In this document: positions 52,551-64,000 of the stretch, one piece after another | Numbering within the stretch: position 1 is the first letter of the stretch | How the letters are laid out: each line of letters opens with the position of its first letter | Origin: Eledone cirrhosa | Taxonomy: Eukaryota | Assembly: GCA_964016885.1 (NCBI GenBank) | Contig: OZ024742.1 | Coordinates: forward strand, 163,122,001 to 163,186,000 | DNA: 64,000 nt | Direction: 5' to 3' | Position numbers and translations under genes: made by a program | Notes under the pieces: model-generated | What the model was told of the DNA's origin: nothing | Seen by the model: only the letters and a program-made list of their open reading frames with translations | The model's database searches: none

Positions 52551-55500
52551 ATCTCCCCTTGGACGGCTGGAAATTATCTCCCCTTGGACGGCTAGATATT
52601 ACCTCCCCTTGGACGGCTGGAAATTATCTCCCCTTGATTTTTTTTACAAATTATCTCCCCCTGATTTTTTTTTACAAATTATCTCCCTGATTTTTTTTTA
52701 CGAATTATCTCCCCCTGATTTTTTTTTAAAAATTATCTCCCCTTGAACGGCTGGAAATTATCTCCCCTTGGACGGCTGGAAATTATCTCCCCTTGGACGG
52801 CTAGAAATTACCTCTCCTTGGACGGCTGAAAATTATCTCCCCTTGGACGGCTGCAAATTATCTCCCCTTGATTTTTTAACAAATTATCTCCCCCTGATTT
52901 TTTTTTACAAATTATCTCCCCCTGATTTTTTTTTACAAATTATCTACGCCTAAGTTTTTTTACAAATTATCTCCCCCTGATTTTTTTTTACAAATTATCT
53001 CCCCCTGATTTTTTTTACAAATTATCTCCCCCTGATTTTTTTTTACAAATTATTTCCCCCTGATTTTTTTACAAATTATCTCCCCCCTGATTTTTTTTAC
53101 AATCTCCGCCTGATTTTTTAAAAAATTATCTTCCCTTGGCTGGCGGGAAATTATCACCCCTTGGACGGCTGGAAATTATATCCCCTTGGACGGCTGGAAA
53201 TTACCTCCCCTTGGACAGCTGGAAATTATCTGCCCTTGATTTTGTTTTTACAAATTATCTCCCCCTGATTTTTATTACAAATTATCTCCACCTGATTTTT
53301 TAAAAAATTATCTCCCCTTGGACGGCTGGAAATTATCTCCCCTTGATTTTTTTACAAATTATCTCCCCCTGATTTTTTTTACAAATTATCTCCCCCTGAT
53401 TTTTTTTTTACAAATTATCTCCCCCTGATTTTTTTACAAATTATCTCCCCCTGATTTTTTTTACAAATTATCTCCGCCTGATTTTTTTAAATATTATCTT
53501 CCCTTGGCTGGCGGGAAATTATCTCCCCTTGGACGGCTGAAAATTATCTCCCCTTGGACGGCTGGAAATTATCTCCCCTTGATTTTTTTTACAAATTATC
53601 TCCCCCTGATTTTTTTTTACAAATTATCTCCCCCTGATTTTTTTTTACAAATTATCTCCCCCTGATTTTTTTTTACAAATTATCTGCCCCTGATTTTTTT
53701 TACAAATTATCTCCCCCTGATTTTTTTACAAATTATCTCCCCTTGGCTGGCTGGAAATGATCTCCCCTTGGAGGCTGGAATTTATCTCCCCTTGGACGGC
53801 TAGAAATTACCTCTCCTTGGACGGCTGGAAAATATTTCTCCTTGGACGGCTGGATATTATCTACCCTTGGACGGGTGGAAATTATCTCCCCTTGGACGGC
53901 TGGAAATTATCTCCCCTTGGACGGCTAGATATTACCTCCCCTTGGACGGCTGGAAATTATCTCCCCTTGATTTTTTTTACAAATTATCTCCCCCTGATTT
54001 TTTTTTTACAAATTATCTCCCCCTGATTTTTTACAAATTATCTCCCCCTGATTTTTTTTACAAATTATCTCCGCCTGATTTTTTTAAATATTATCTTCCC
54101 TTGGCTGGCGGGAAATTATCTCCCCTTGGACGGCTGAAAATTATCTCCCCTTGGACGGCTGGAAATTATCTCCCCTTGATTTTTTTTACAAATTATCTCC
54201 CCCTGATTATTTTTTACAAATTATCTTTCCCTGATTTTTTTTTACAAATTATCTCCCCCTGATTTTTTTTACAAATTATCTCCCCCTGATTTTTTTACAA
54301 ATTATCTCCCCTTGGCTGGCTGGAAATTATCTCCCCTTGGTGGCTGGAATTTATCTCCCCTTGGACGGCTGGAAATTATCTCTCCTTGGACGGCTGGAAA
54401 ATATGTCTCGTTGGAGGGCTGGAAATTATCTCCCCTTGGACGGCTGGAAATTATCTCCCCTTGGACGGCTGGATATTATCTACCCTTGGACGGCTAGATA
54501 TTACCTCCCTGGAAATTATCTCCCCTTGGTGGCTGGAATTTATCTCCCCTTGGACGGCTGGAAATTACCTCTCCTTGGACGGCTGGAAAATATGTCTCGT
54601 TGGAGGGCTGGAAATTATCTCCCCTTGGACGGCTGGAAATTATCTCCCCTTGGACGGCTGGATATTATCTCTCCTTGGGCGGCTAGAAATTACCTCGCCT
54701 TGGACGGCTGGAAAATATGTCTCCTTGGACGGCTGGAAATTATCTCCCCTTGGACGGCTGGAAATTATCTCCCCTTGGACGGCTGGATATTATCTACCCT
54801 TGGACGGCTAGATATTACCTCCCCTTGGACGGCTGGAAATTATCTCCCCTTGATTTTTTTTACAAATTATCTCCCCCTGATTTTTTTTTACAAATTATCT
54901 CCCCTTGATTTTTTTTTACAAATTATCTACCCCTGATTTTTTTTTACAAATTATCTCCCCCTGATTTTTTTTACAAATTATCTCTCCCTGATTTTTTTTT
55001 ACAAATTATCTCCCCCTGATTTTTTTTTACAAATTATCTACCCCTGATTTTTTTTTACAAATTATCTCCCCCTGATTTTTTTTACAAATTATCTCCCCCT
55101 GATTTTTTTACAAATTATCTCCCCCCGATTTTTTTTACAAATTATCTCCGCCTAATTTTTTTAAATATTATCTTCCCTTGGCTGGCGGGAAATTATCTCC
55201 CCTTGGACGGCTGAAAATTATCTCCCCTTGGACGGCTGGAAATTATCTCCCCTTGGAGGCTGGAATTTATCTCCCCTTGGACGGCTAGAAATTACCTCGC
55301 CTTGGACGGCTGGAAAATATGTCTCCTTGGACGGCTGGAAATTATCTCCCCTTGGACGGCTGGAAATTATCTCCCCTTGGACGGCTAGATATTACCTCCC
55401 CTTGGACGGCTGGAAATTATCTCCCCTTGATTTTTTTTACAAATTATCTCCCCCTGATTTTTTTTTACAAATTATCTCCCCCTGATTCTTTTTTACAAAT

Positions 55501-56089
55501 TATCTACCCCTGATTTTTTTTTACAAATTATCTCCCCCTGATTTTTTTTACAAATTATCTCTCCCTGATTTTTTTTTACAAATTATCTCCCCCTGATTTT
55601 TTTTTACAAATTATCTACCCCTGATTTTTTTTTACAAATTATCTCCCCCTGATTTTTTTTACAAATTATCTCCCCCTGATTTTTTTTTACAAATTATCTC
55701 CCCCTGCTTTTTTTACAAATTATCTCCCCCCTGATTATTTTTACAATCTCCGCCTGATTTTTTTAAAAATTATCTTCCCTTGGCTGGCGGGAAATTATCT
55801 CCCCTTGGACGGCTGGAAATTATATTCCCTTGGAAGGATGGAAATTATCTCCCCTTGGACGGCTGGAAATTATCTCCCCTTGGACGGCTGGAAATTACCT
55901 CCCCTTGGACAGCTGGAAATTATCTGCCCTTGATTTTGTTTTTACAAATTATCTCCCCCTGATTTTTTTTACAAATTATCTCCACCTGATTTTTTAAAAA
56001 ATTATCTCCCCTTGGACGGCTGGAAATTATCTCCCCTTGATTTTTTTACAAATTATCTCCCCCTGATTTTTTTTACAAATTATCTCCCC

Positions 56090-59000
56090 CTGATTTTTTT
56101 TACAAATTATCTCCCCCTGATTTTTTTTACAAATTATCTCCCCCTGATTTTTTTACAAATTATCTCCCCCCGATTTTTTTTACAAATTATCTCCCCTTGG
56201 CTGGCTGGAAATTATCTCCCCTTGGAGGCTGGAATTTATCTCCCCTTGGACGGTTAGAAATTACCTCTCCTTGGACGGCTGGAAAATATGTCTCCTTGGA
56301 CGGCTGGAAATTATCTCCCCTGGGACGGCTGGAAATTATCTCCCCTTGGACGGCTGGAAATTATCTCTCCTCGGACGACTAGAAATTACCTCTCCTTGGA
56401 CAGCTGAAAATTATCTCCCCTTGGACGGCTGGAAATTATCTCCCCCTGATTTTTTTTTACAAATTATCTCCCCCTGATTTTTATTTTACAAATTATCTCC
56501 CCCTGATTTTTTTTACAAATTATCTCCCCCTGATATTTTTTACAAATTATCTCCCCCTGATTTTTTTACAAATTATCTCCCCTTGGCTGGCTGGAAATTA
56601 TCTCCCCTTGGAGGCTGGAATTTATCTCCCCTTGGACGGCTAGAAATTACCTCGCCTTGGACGGCTGGAAATTATCTCCCCTTGGAAGGCTGAAAATTAT
56701 CTCCCCTTGGACGGCTGGAAATTATCTCCCCTTGATTTTTTTACAAATTATCTCCCCCTGATTTTTTTTTACAAATTATCTCCCCCTGATTTTTTTTTAC
56801 AAATTATCTCCCCCTGATTTTTTTTTACAAATTATCTGCCCCTGATTTTTTTTACAAATTATCTCCCCCTGATTTTTTTACAAATTATCTCCCCTTGGCT
56901 GGCTGGAAATTATCTCCCCTTGGAGGCTGGAATTTATCTCCCCTTGGACGGCTAGAAATTACCTCTCCTTGGACGGCTGGAAAATATTTCTCCTTGGACG
57001 GCTGGATATTATCTACCCTTGGACGGGTGGAAATTATCTCCCCTTGGACGGCTGGAAATTATCTCCCCTTGGACGGCTAGATATTACCTCCCCTTGGACG
57101 GCTGGAAATTATCTCCCCTTGATTTTTTTTACAAATTATCTCCCCCTGATTTTATTTTACAAATTATCTCCCCCTGATTTTTTTTACAAATTATCTCCCC
57201 CTGATATTTTTTACAAATTATCTCCCCCTGATTTTTTTACAAATTATCTCCCCTTGGCTGGCTGGAAATTATCTCCCCTTGGACGGCTAGATATTACCTC
57301 CCCTTGGACGGCTGGAAATTATCTCCCCTTGATTTTTTTTACAAATTATCTCCCCCTGATTTATTTTTACAAATTATCTCCCCCTGATTTTTTTTTACAA
57401 ATTATCTACCCCTGAATTTTTTTTACAAATTATCTCCCCCTGATTTTTTTACAAATTATCTCTCCCTGATTTTTTTTTACAAATTATCTCCCCCTGATTT
57501 TTTTTTACAAATTATCTACCCCTGATTTTTTTTTACAAATTATCTCCCCCTGATTTTTTTTACAAATTATCTCCCCCTGATTTTTTTTACAAATTATCTC
57601 CCCCTGATTTTTTTACAAATTATCTCCCCCCGATTTTTTTTACAAATTATCTCCCCTTGGCTGGCTGGAAATTATCTCCCCTTGGAGGCTGGAATTTATC
57701 TCCCCTTGGACGGTTAGAAATTACCTCTCCTTGGACGGCTGGAAAATATGTCTCCTTGGACGGCTGGAAATTATCTCCCCTGGGACGGCTGGAAATTATC
57801 TCCCCTTGGACGGCTGGAAATTATCTCTCCTCGGACGACTAGAAATTACCTCTCCTTGGACAGCTGAAAATTATCTCCCCTTGGACGGCTGGAAATTATC
57901 TCCCCCTAATTTTTTTTTACAAATTATCTCCCCCTGATTTTTATTTTACAAATTATCTCCCCCTGATTTTTTTTACAAATTATCTCCCCCTGATATTTTT
58001 TACAAATTATCTCCCCCTGATTTTTTTACAAATTATCTCCCCTTGGCTGGCTGGAAATTATCTCCCCTTGGAGGCTGGAATTTATCTCCCCTTGGACGGC
58101 TAGAAATTACCTCGCCTTGGACGGCTGGAAAATATGTCTCCTTGGACGGCTGGAAATTATCTCCCCTTGGACGGCTGGAAATTATCTCCCCTTGGACGGC
58201 TGGATATTATCTACCCTTGGACGGCTAGATATTACCTCCCCTTGGACGGCTGGAAATTATCTCCCCTTGATTTTTTTTACAAATTATCTCCCCCTGATTT
58301 TTTTTTACAAATTATCTCCCCCTGATTTTTTTTTACAAATTATCTACCCCTGATTTTTTTTACAAATTATCTCCCCCTGATTTTTTTTACAAATTATCTC
58401 CCTGATTTTTTTTTACAAATTATCTCCCCCTGATTTTTTTTTACAAATTATCTACGCCTGATTTTTTTTTACAAATTATCTCCCCCTGATTTTTTTTACA
58501 AATTATCTCCCCCTGATTTTTTTACAAATTATCTCCCCCCGATTTTTTTTACAAATTATCTCCGCCTAATTTTTTTAAATATTATCTTCCCTTGGCTGGC
58601 GGGAAATTATCTCCCCTTGGACGGCTGGAAATTATCTCCCCTTGGACGGCTGGAAATTATCTCTCCTCGGACGACTAGAAATTACCTCTCCTTGGACAGC
58701 TGAAAATTATCTCCCCTTGGACGGCTGGAAATTATCTCCCCTTGATTTTTTTTACAAATTATCTCCCCCTGATTTTTTTTTAACAATTATCTCCCCCTGA
58801 TTTTTTTTTACAAATTATCTCCCCCTGATTTTTTTTACAAATTATCTCCCCCTGATATTTTTTACAAATTATCTCCCCCTGATTTTTTTACAAATTATCT
58901 CCCCTTGGCTGGCTGGAAATTATCTCCCCTTGGAGGCTGGAATTTATCTCCCCTTGGACGGCTAGAAATTACCTCGCCTTGGACGGCTGGAAAATATGTC

Positions 59001-59540
59001 TCCTTGGACGGCTGGAAATTATCTCCCCTTGGACGGCTGGAAATTATCTCCCCTTGGACGGCTAGATATTACCTCCCCTTGGACGGCTGGAAATTATCTC
59101 CCCTTGATTTTTTTTACAAATTATCTCCCCCTGATTTTTTTTTACAAATTATCTCCCCCTGATTTTTTTTTACAAATTATCTACCCCTGATTTTTTTTTT
59201 ACAAATTATCTCCCCCTGATTTTTTTTACAAATTATCTCTCCCTGATTTTTTTTTACAAATTATCTCCCCCTGATTTTTTTTTACAAATTATCTACCCCT
59301 GATTTTTTTTTACAAATTATCTCCCCCTGATTTTTTTTACAAATTATCTCCCCCTGATTTTTTTACAAATTATCTCCCCCTGATTTTTTTACAAATTATC
59401 TCCCCCCGATTTTTTTTACAAATTATCTCCGCCTAATTTTTTAAAATATTATCTTCCCTTGGCTGGCGGGAAATTATCTCCCCTTGGACGGCTTAAAATT
59501 ATCTCCCCTTGGACGGCTGGAAATTATCTCCCCTTGATTT
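56090..59540 (+). repeat. Dispersed ~3.45 kb copy of ~48450-51900 (offset 7645)
   Basis: ORF pairs 48552/56197, 49250/56895, 50012/57657, 50398/58043 and 51260/58905. Private variants CCTGAATTT, TTAACAATTATC and GGACGGCTTAAA (51841/59486). Confidence 0.93.
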
Positions 59541-62500
59541 TTTTACAAATTATCTCCCCCTGATTATTTTTTACAAATTATCTTCCCCTGATTTTTTTTT
59601 ACAAATTATCTCCCTCTGATTTTTTTTACAAATTATCTCCCCTTGGCTGGCTGGAAATTATCTCCCCTTGGAGGCTGGAATTTATCTCCCCTTGGACGGT
59701 TAGAAATTACCTCTCCTTGGACTGCGGGAAAATATGTCTCCTTGGACGGCTGGAAATTATCTCCCCTTGGACGGCTGGAAATTATCTCCCCTTGGACGGC
59801 TGGAAATTATCTCTCCTCGGACGACTAGAAATTACCTCTCCTTGGACAGCTGAAAATTATCTCCCCTTGGACGGCTGGAAATTATCTCCCCTTGATTTTT
59901 TTTACAAATTATCTCCCCCTGATTTTTTTTTACAAATTATCTCCCCCTGATTTTTTTTTACAAATTATTTCCCCCTGATTTTTTTTACAAATTATCTCCC
60001 CCTGATATTTTTTACAAATTATCTCCCCCTGATTTTTTTACAAATTATCTCCCCTTGGCTGGCTGGAAATTATCTCCCCTTGGAGGCTGGAATTTATCTC
60101 CCCTTGGACGGCTAGAAATTACCTCGCCTTGGACGGCTGGAAAATATGTCTCCTTGGACGGCTGGAAATTATCTCCCCTTGGACGGCTGGAAATTATCTC
60201 CCCTTGGACGGCTGGAAATTATCTCCCCTTGGAGGGCTAGATATTACCTCCCCTTGGACGGCTGGAAATTATCTCCCCTTGATTTTTTTTACAAATTATC
60301 TCCCCCTGATTTTTTTTTACAAATTATCTCCCCCTGATTTTTTTTACAAATTATCTCCCCCTGATTTTTTTTTACAAATTATTTCCCCCTGATTTTTTTA
60401 CAAATTATCTCCCCCCTGATTTTTTTTACAATCTCCGCCTGATTTTTTTAAAAATTATCTTCCCTTGGCTGGCGGGAAATTATCTCCCCTTGGACGGCTG
60501 GAAATTATATCCCCTTGGAAGGATGGAAATTATCTCCCCTTGGACGGCTGGAAATTATCTCCCCTTGGACGGCTGGAAATTATCTCCCCTTGGACAGCTG
60601 GAAATTATCTGCCCTTGATTTTGTTTTTACAAATTATCTCCCCCTGATTTTTTTTACAAATTATCTCCACCTGATTTTTTAAAAAATTATCTCCCCTTGG
60701 ACGGCTGGAAATTATCTCCCCTTGATTTTTTTTACAAATTATCTCCCCCTGATTTTTTTTTACAAATTATCTCCCCCTGATTTTTTTTTACAAATTATCT
60801 CCCCCTGATTTTTTTTTACAAATTATCTCACCCTGATTTTTTTTACAAATTATCAGTCCCTGATTTTTTTACAAATTATCTCCCCTTGGCTGGCTGGAAA
60901 TTATCTCCCCTTGGAGGCTGGAATTTATCTCCCCTTGGACGGCTAGAAATTACCTCTCCTTGGACGGCTGGAAAATATGTCTCCTTGGACGGCTGGATAT
61001 TATCTACCCTTGGACGGCTGGAAATTATCTCCCCTTGGACGGCTGGAAATTATCTCCTCTTGGACGGCTAGATATTACCTCCCCTTGGACGGCTGGAAAT
61101 TATCTCCCCTTGATTTTTTTACAAATTATCTCCCCCTGATTTTTTTACAAATTATCTCCCCCTGATTTTTTTTACAAATTATCTCCGCCTAATTTTTTTA
61201 AATATTATCTTCCCTTGGCTGGCGGGAAATTATCTCCCCTTGGACGGCTGAAAATTATCTCCCCTTGGACGGCTGGAAATTATCTCCCCTTGATTTTTTT
61301 TACAAATTATCTCCCCCTGATTTTTTTTTACAAATTATCTCCCCCTGATTTTTTTTACAAATTATCTCCCCCTGATTTTTTTTACAAATTATCTCCCCTT
61401 GGCTGGCTGGAAATTATCTCCCCTTGGAGGCTGGAATTTATCTCCCCTTGGACGGCTAGAAATTACCTCTCCTTGGACGGCTGGAAAATATGTCCTTGGA
61501 CGGCTGGATATTATCTACCCTTGGACGGCTGGAAATTATCTCCCCTTGGACGGCTAGAAATTATCTCCCCTTGGACGGCTAGATATTACCTCCCCTTGGA
61601 CGGCTGGAAATTATCTCCCCTTGATTTTTTTTACAAATTATCTCCCCCTGATTTTTTTTTACAAATTATCTCCCCCTGATTTTTTTTTACAAATTATCTC
61701 CCCCTGATTTTTTTTTACAAATTATCTACCCCTGATTTTTTTTTACAAATTATCTCCCCCTGATTTTTTTTACAAATTATCTCCCCCTGATTTTTTTTTA
61801 CAAATTATCTCCCCTTGATTTTTTTTTACAAATTATCTACCCCTGATTTTTTTTACAAATTATCTCCCCCTGATTTTTTTTACAAATTATCTCCCCCTGA
61901 TTTTGTTTACAAATTATCTCCCCCTGATTTTTTTACAAATTATCTCCCCCTGATTTTTTTTACAAATTATCTCCGCCTAATTTTTTAAATATTATCTTCC
62001 CTTGGCTGGCGGGAAATTATCTCCCCTTGGACGGCTGAAAATTATCTCCCCTTGGACGGCTGGAAATTATCTCCCCTTGATTTTTTTTACAAATTATCTC
62101 CCCCTGATTATTTTTTACAAATTATCTCCCCCTGATTTTTTTTTTACAAATTATCTCCCCCTGATTTTTTTTACAAATTATCTCCCCCTGATTTTTTTAC
62201 AAATTATCTCCCCTTGGCTGGCTGGAAATTATCTCCCCTTGGAGGCTGGAATTTATCTCCCCTTGGACGGTTAGAAATTACCTCTCCTTGGACGGCTGGA
62301 AAATATGTCTCCTTGGACGGCTGGAAATTATCGCCCCTTGGACGGCTGGAAATTATCTCCCCTTGGACGGCTGGAAATTATCTCTCCTCGGACGGCTAGA
62401 AATTACCTCTCCTTGGACAGCTGAAAATTATCTCCCCTTGGACGGCTGGAAATTATCTCCCCTTGATTTTTTTTACAAATTATCTCCCCCTGATTTTTTT

Positions 62501-64000
62501 TTACAAATTATCTCCCCCTGATTTTTTTTTACAAATTATCTCCCCCTGATTTTTTTTTACAAATTATCTCCCCCTGATATTTTTTACAAATTATCTCCCC
62601 CTGATTTTTTTACAAATTATCTCCCCTTGGCTGGCTGGAAATTATCTCCCCTTGGAGGCTGGAATTTATCTCCCCTTGGACGGCTAGAAATTACCTCGCC
62701 TTGGACGGCTGGAAAATATGTCTCCTTGGACGGCTGGAAATTATCTCCCCTTGGACGGCTGGAAATTATCTCCCCTTGGACGGCTGGAAATTATCTCCCC
62801 TTGGACGGCTAGATATTACCTCCCCTTGGACGGCTGGAAATTATCTCCCCTTGATTTTTTTTACAAATTATCTCCCCCTGATTTTTTTTTACAAATTATC
62901 TCCCCCTGATTTTTTTTTACGAATTATCTCCCCCCGATTTTTTTTTACAAATTATCTCCGCCTGATTTTTTTTTAAAAATTATCTCCCCTTGAACGGCTG
63001 GAAATTATCTCCCCTTGGACGGCTGGAAATTATCTCCCCTTGGACGGCTAGAAATTACCTCTCCTTGGACGGCTGAAAATTATCTCCCCTTGGACGGCTG
63101 CAAATTATCTCCCCTTGATTTTTTAACAAATTATCTCCCCCTGATTTTTTTTTACAAATTATCTCCCCCTGATTTTTTTTTACAAATTATCTCCCCCTGA
63201 TTTTTTTTACAAATTATCTCCCCCTGATTTTTTTACAAATTATCTCCCCTTGGCTGGCTGGAAATTATCTCCCCTTGGAGGCTGGAATTTATCTCCCCTT
63301 GGACGGCTAGAAATTACCTCTCCTTGGACGGCTGGAAAATATGTCCTTGGACGGCTGGATATTATCTACCCTTGGACGGCTGGAAATTATCTCCCCTTGG
63401 ACGGCTGGAAATTATCTCCCCTTGGACGGCTAGATATTACCTCCCCTTGGACGGCTGGAAATTATCTCCCCTTGATTTTTTTTACAAATTATCTCCCCCT
63501 GATTTTTTTTTACAAATTATCTCCCCCTGATTTTTTTTTACAAATTATCTACCCCTGATTTTTTTTTACAAATTATCTCCCCCTGATTTTTTTTACAAAT
63601 TATCTCTCCCTGATCTTTTTTTACAAATTATCTCCCCCTGATTTTTTTTTACCAATTATCTACTCCTGATTTTTTTTTACAAATTATCTCCCCCTGATTT
63701 TTTTTACAAATTATCTCCCCCTGATTTTTTTTACAAATTATCTCCCCCTGATTTTTTTACAAATTATCTCCCCCCGATTTTTTTTACAAATTATATCCGC
63801 CTAATTTTTTTAAATATTATCTTCCCTTGGCTGGCGGGAAATTATCTCCCCTTGGACGGCTGAAAATTATCTCCCCTTGGACGGCTGGAAATTATCTCCC
63901 CTTGATTTTTTTACAAATTATCTCCCCCTGATTATTTTTTACAAATTATCTCCCCCTGATTTTTTTTTACAAATTATCTACCTCTGATTTTTTTTACAAA
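59540..64000 (+). repeat. Dispersed >=4.4 kb copy of ~30320-34782 (offset 29218)
   Basis: Ten ORF pairs from 30425/59643 to 34032/63250 all have offset 29218. Private variants GGAGGGCTAG and TCTTCCCCTG (30363/59581). Confidence 0.93.

Larger units (their letters stand above)
1..64000 (+). repeat. Composite tandem satellite array of two related units (25-bp type A, 26-29-bp type B) sharing the core AAATTATCTCCCC(C/T)TG; runs off both window ends
   Basis: The core AAATTATCTCCCC, or a 1-3 nt variant, recurs every 21-29 bp from the first line to the last. Its tail is GACGGCTGG-like or A-Tn-AC. No inverted copies (GGGGAGATAATTT on +) and no non-repeat sequence were seen. Confidence 0.99.

Noticed and set aside
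68-63558. All ORFs in the track (60-214 aa; KLSPLGRLEIISPWTAGNYLPLDGW and FFYKLSPPD repeats)
   Set aside because: They are products of the repeat. The 25-bp unit has no plus-strand stop codon, so three units give the same 25-aa cycle in all three overlapping frames. Starts are mostly the TTG in the core, and unit indels and T-run changes shift frame freely. The minus strand is closed by TAA in nearly every unit. There is no evidence of coding.
1-64000. CRISPR array (constant core plus intervening segments)
   Set aside because: The intervening segments are only ~9-13 bp and of two recurring types rather than unique 25-45 bp spacers. There is no leader and no cas gene.
1-64000. Long yeast-type telomerase repeat (23-26 bp units with a G-rich strand)
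   Set aside because: Two alternating unit types, variable homopolymers and multi-kb duplications of variant patterns are not what a single telomerase template produces. The unit does not match telomeric repeats I know. A subtelomeric or recombination-maintained terminal location cannot be excluded.
1-64000. Pure sequencing or amplification artefact (concatemer, base-caller stutter)
   Set aside because: Ordered private variants and exact homopolymer lengths recur across distant copies, with small lineage-specific differences, which fits real evolved DNA. Misjoins of individual large blocks remain possible without read data.
1-64000. A/B pattern as an information-bearing binary code or programmed-rearrangement cassette system
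   Set aside because: The block order is adequately explained by duplication and deletion of a few cassettes. No recombinase, expression site or other machinery is present in the window.

Overview
The whole 64 kb window is one uninterrupted, head-to-tail, single-orientation tandem array, best read as a composite satellite or very large minisatellite. I see no genes, RNA genes, transposon remnants or unique sequence. It holds roughly 2,400 short units (64,000/~26 bp), all sharing the core AAATTATCTCCCC(C/T)TG followed by one of two tails. Type A is 25 bp (AAATTATCTCCCCTTGGACGGCTGG, ~52% GC). Type B is 26-29 bp (AAATTATCTCCCCCTGA-T7..10-AC, ~30% GC). Runs of A and B alternate. The A runs come as about four stereotyped cassettes, each with its own entry unit, and these cassettes are shuffled into an irregular higher-order structure. 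That structure is made of near-identical tandem duplications (1460, 1680, 1720, ~2900, ~7200 bp) and dispersed duplications (offsets ~6715, 7645, ~9058, ~9579, 11977, 20488, 29218, 46521 bp). A more degenerate island lies at ~8.7-10.6 kb. All listed ORFs are translation artefacts of the stop-free 25-bp unit. I do not recognise the repeat family or the organism; a gene-free 64 kb array suggests eukaryotic heterochromatin, but that is inference. Duplication boundaries were estimated by eye from diagnostic variants and ORF-track offsets, so they are approximate (tens of bp).
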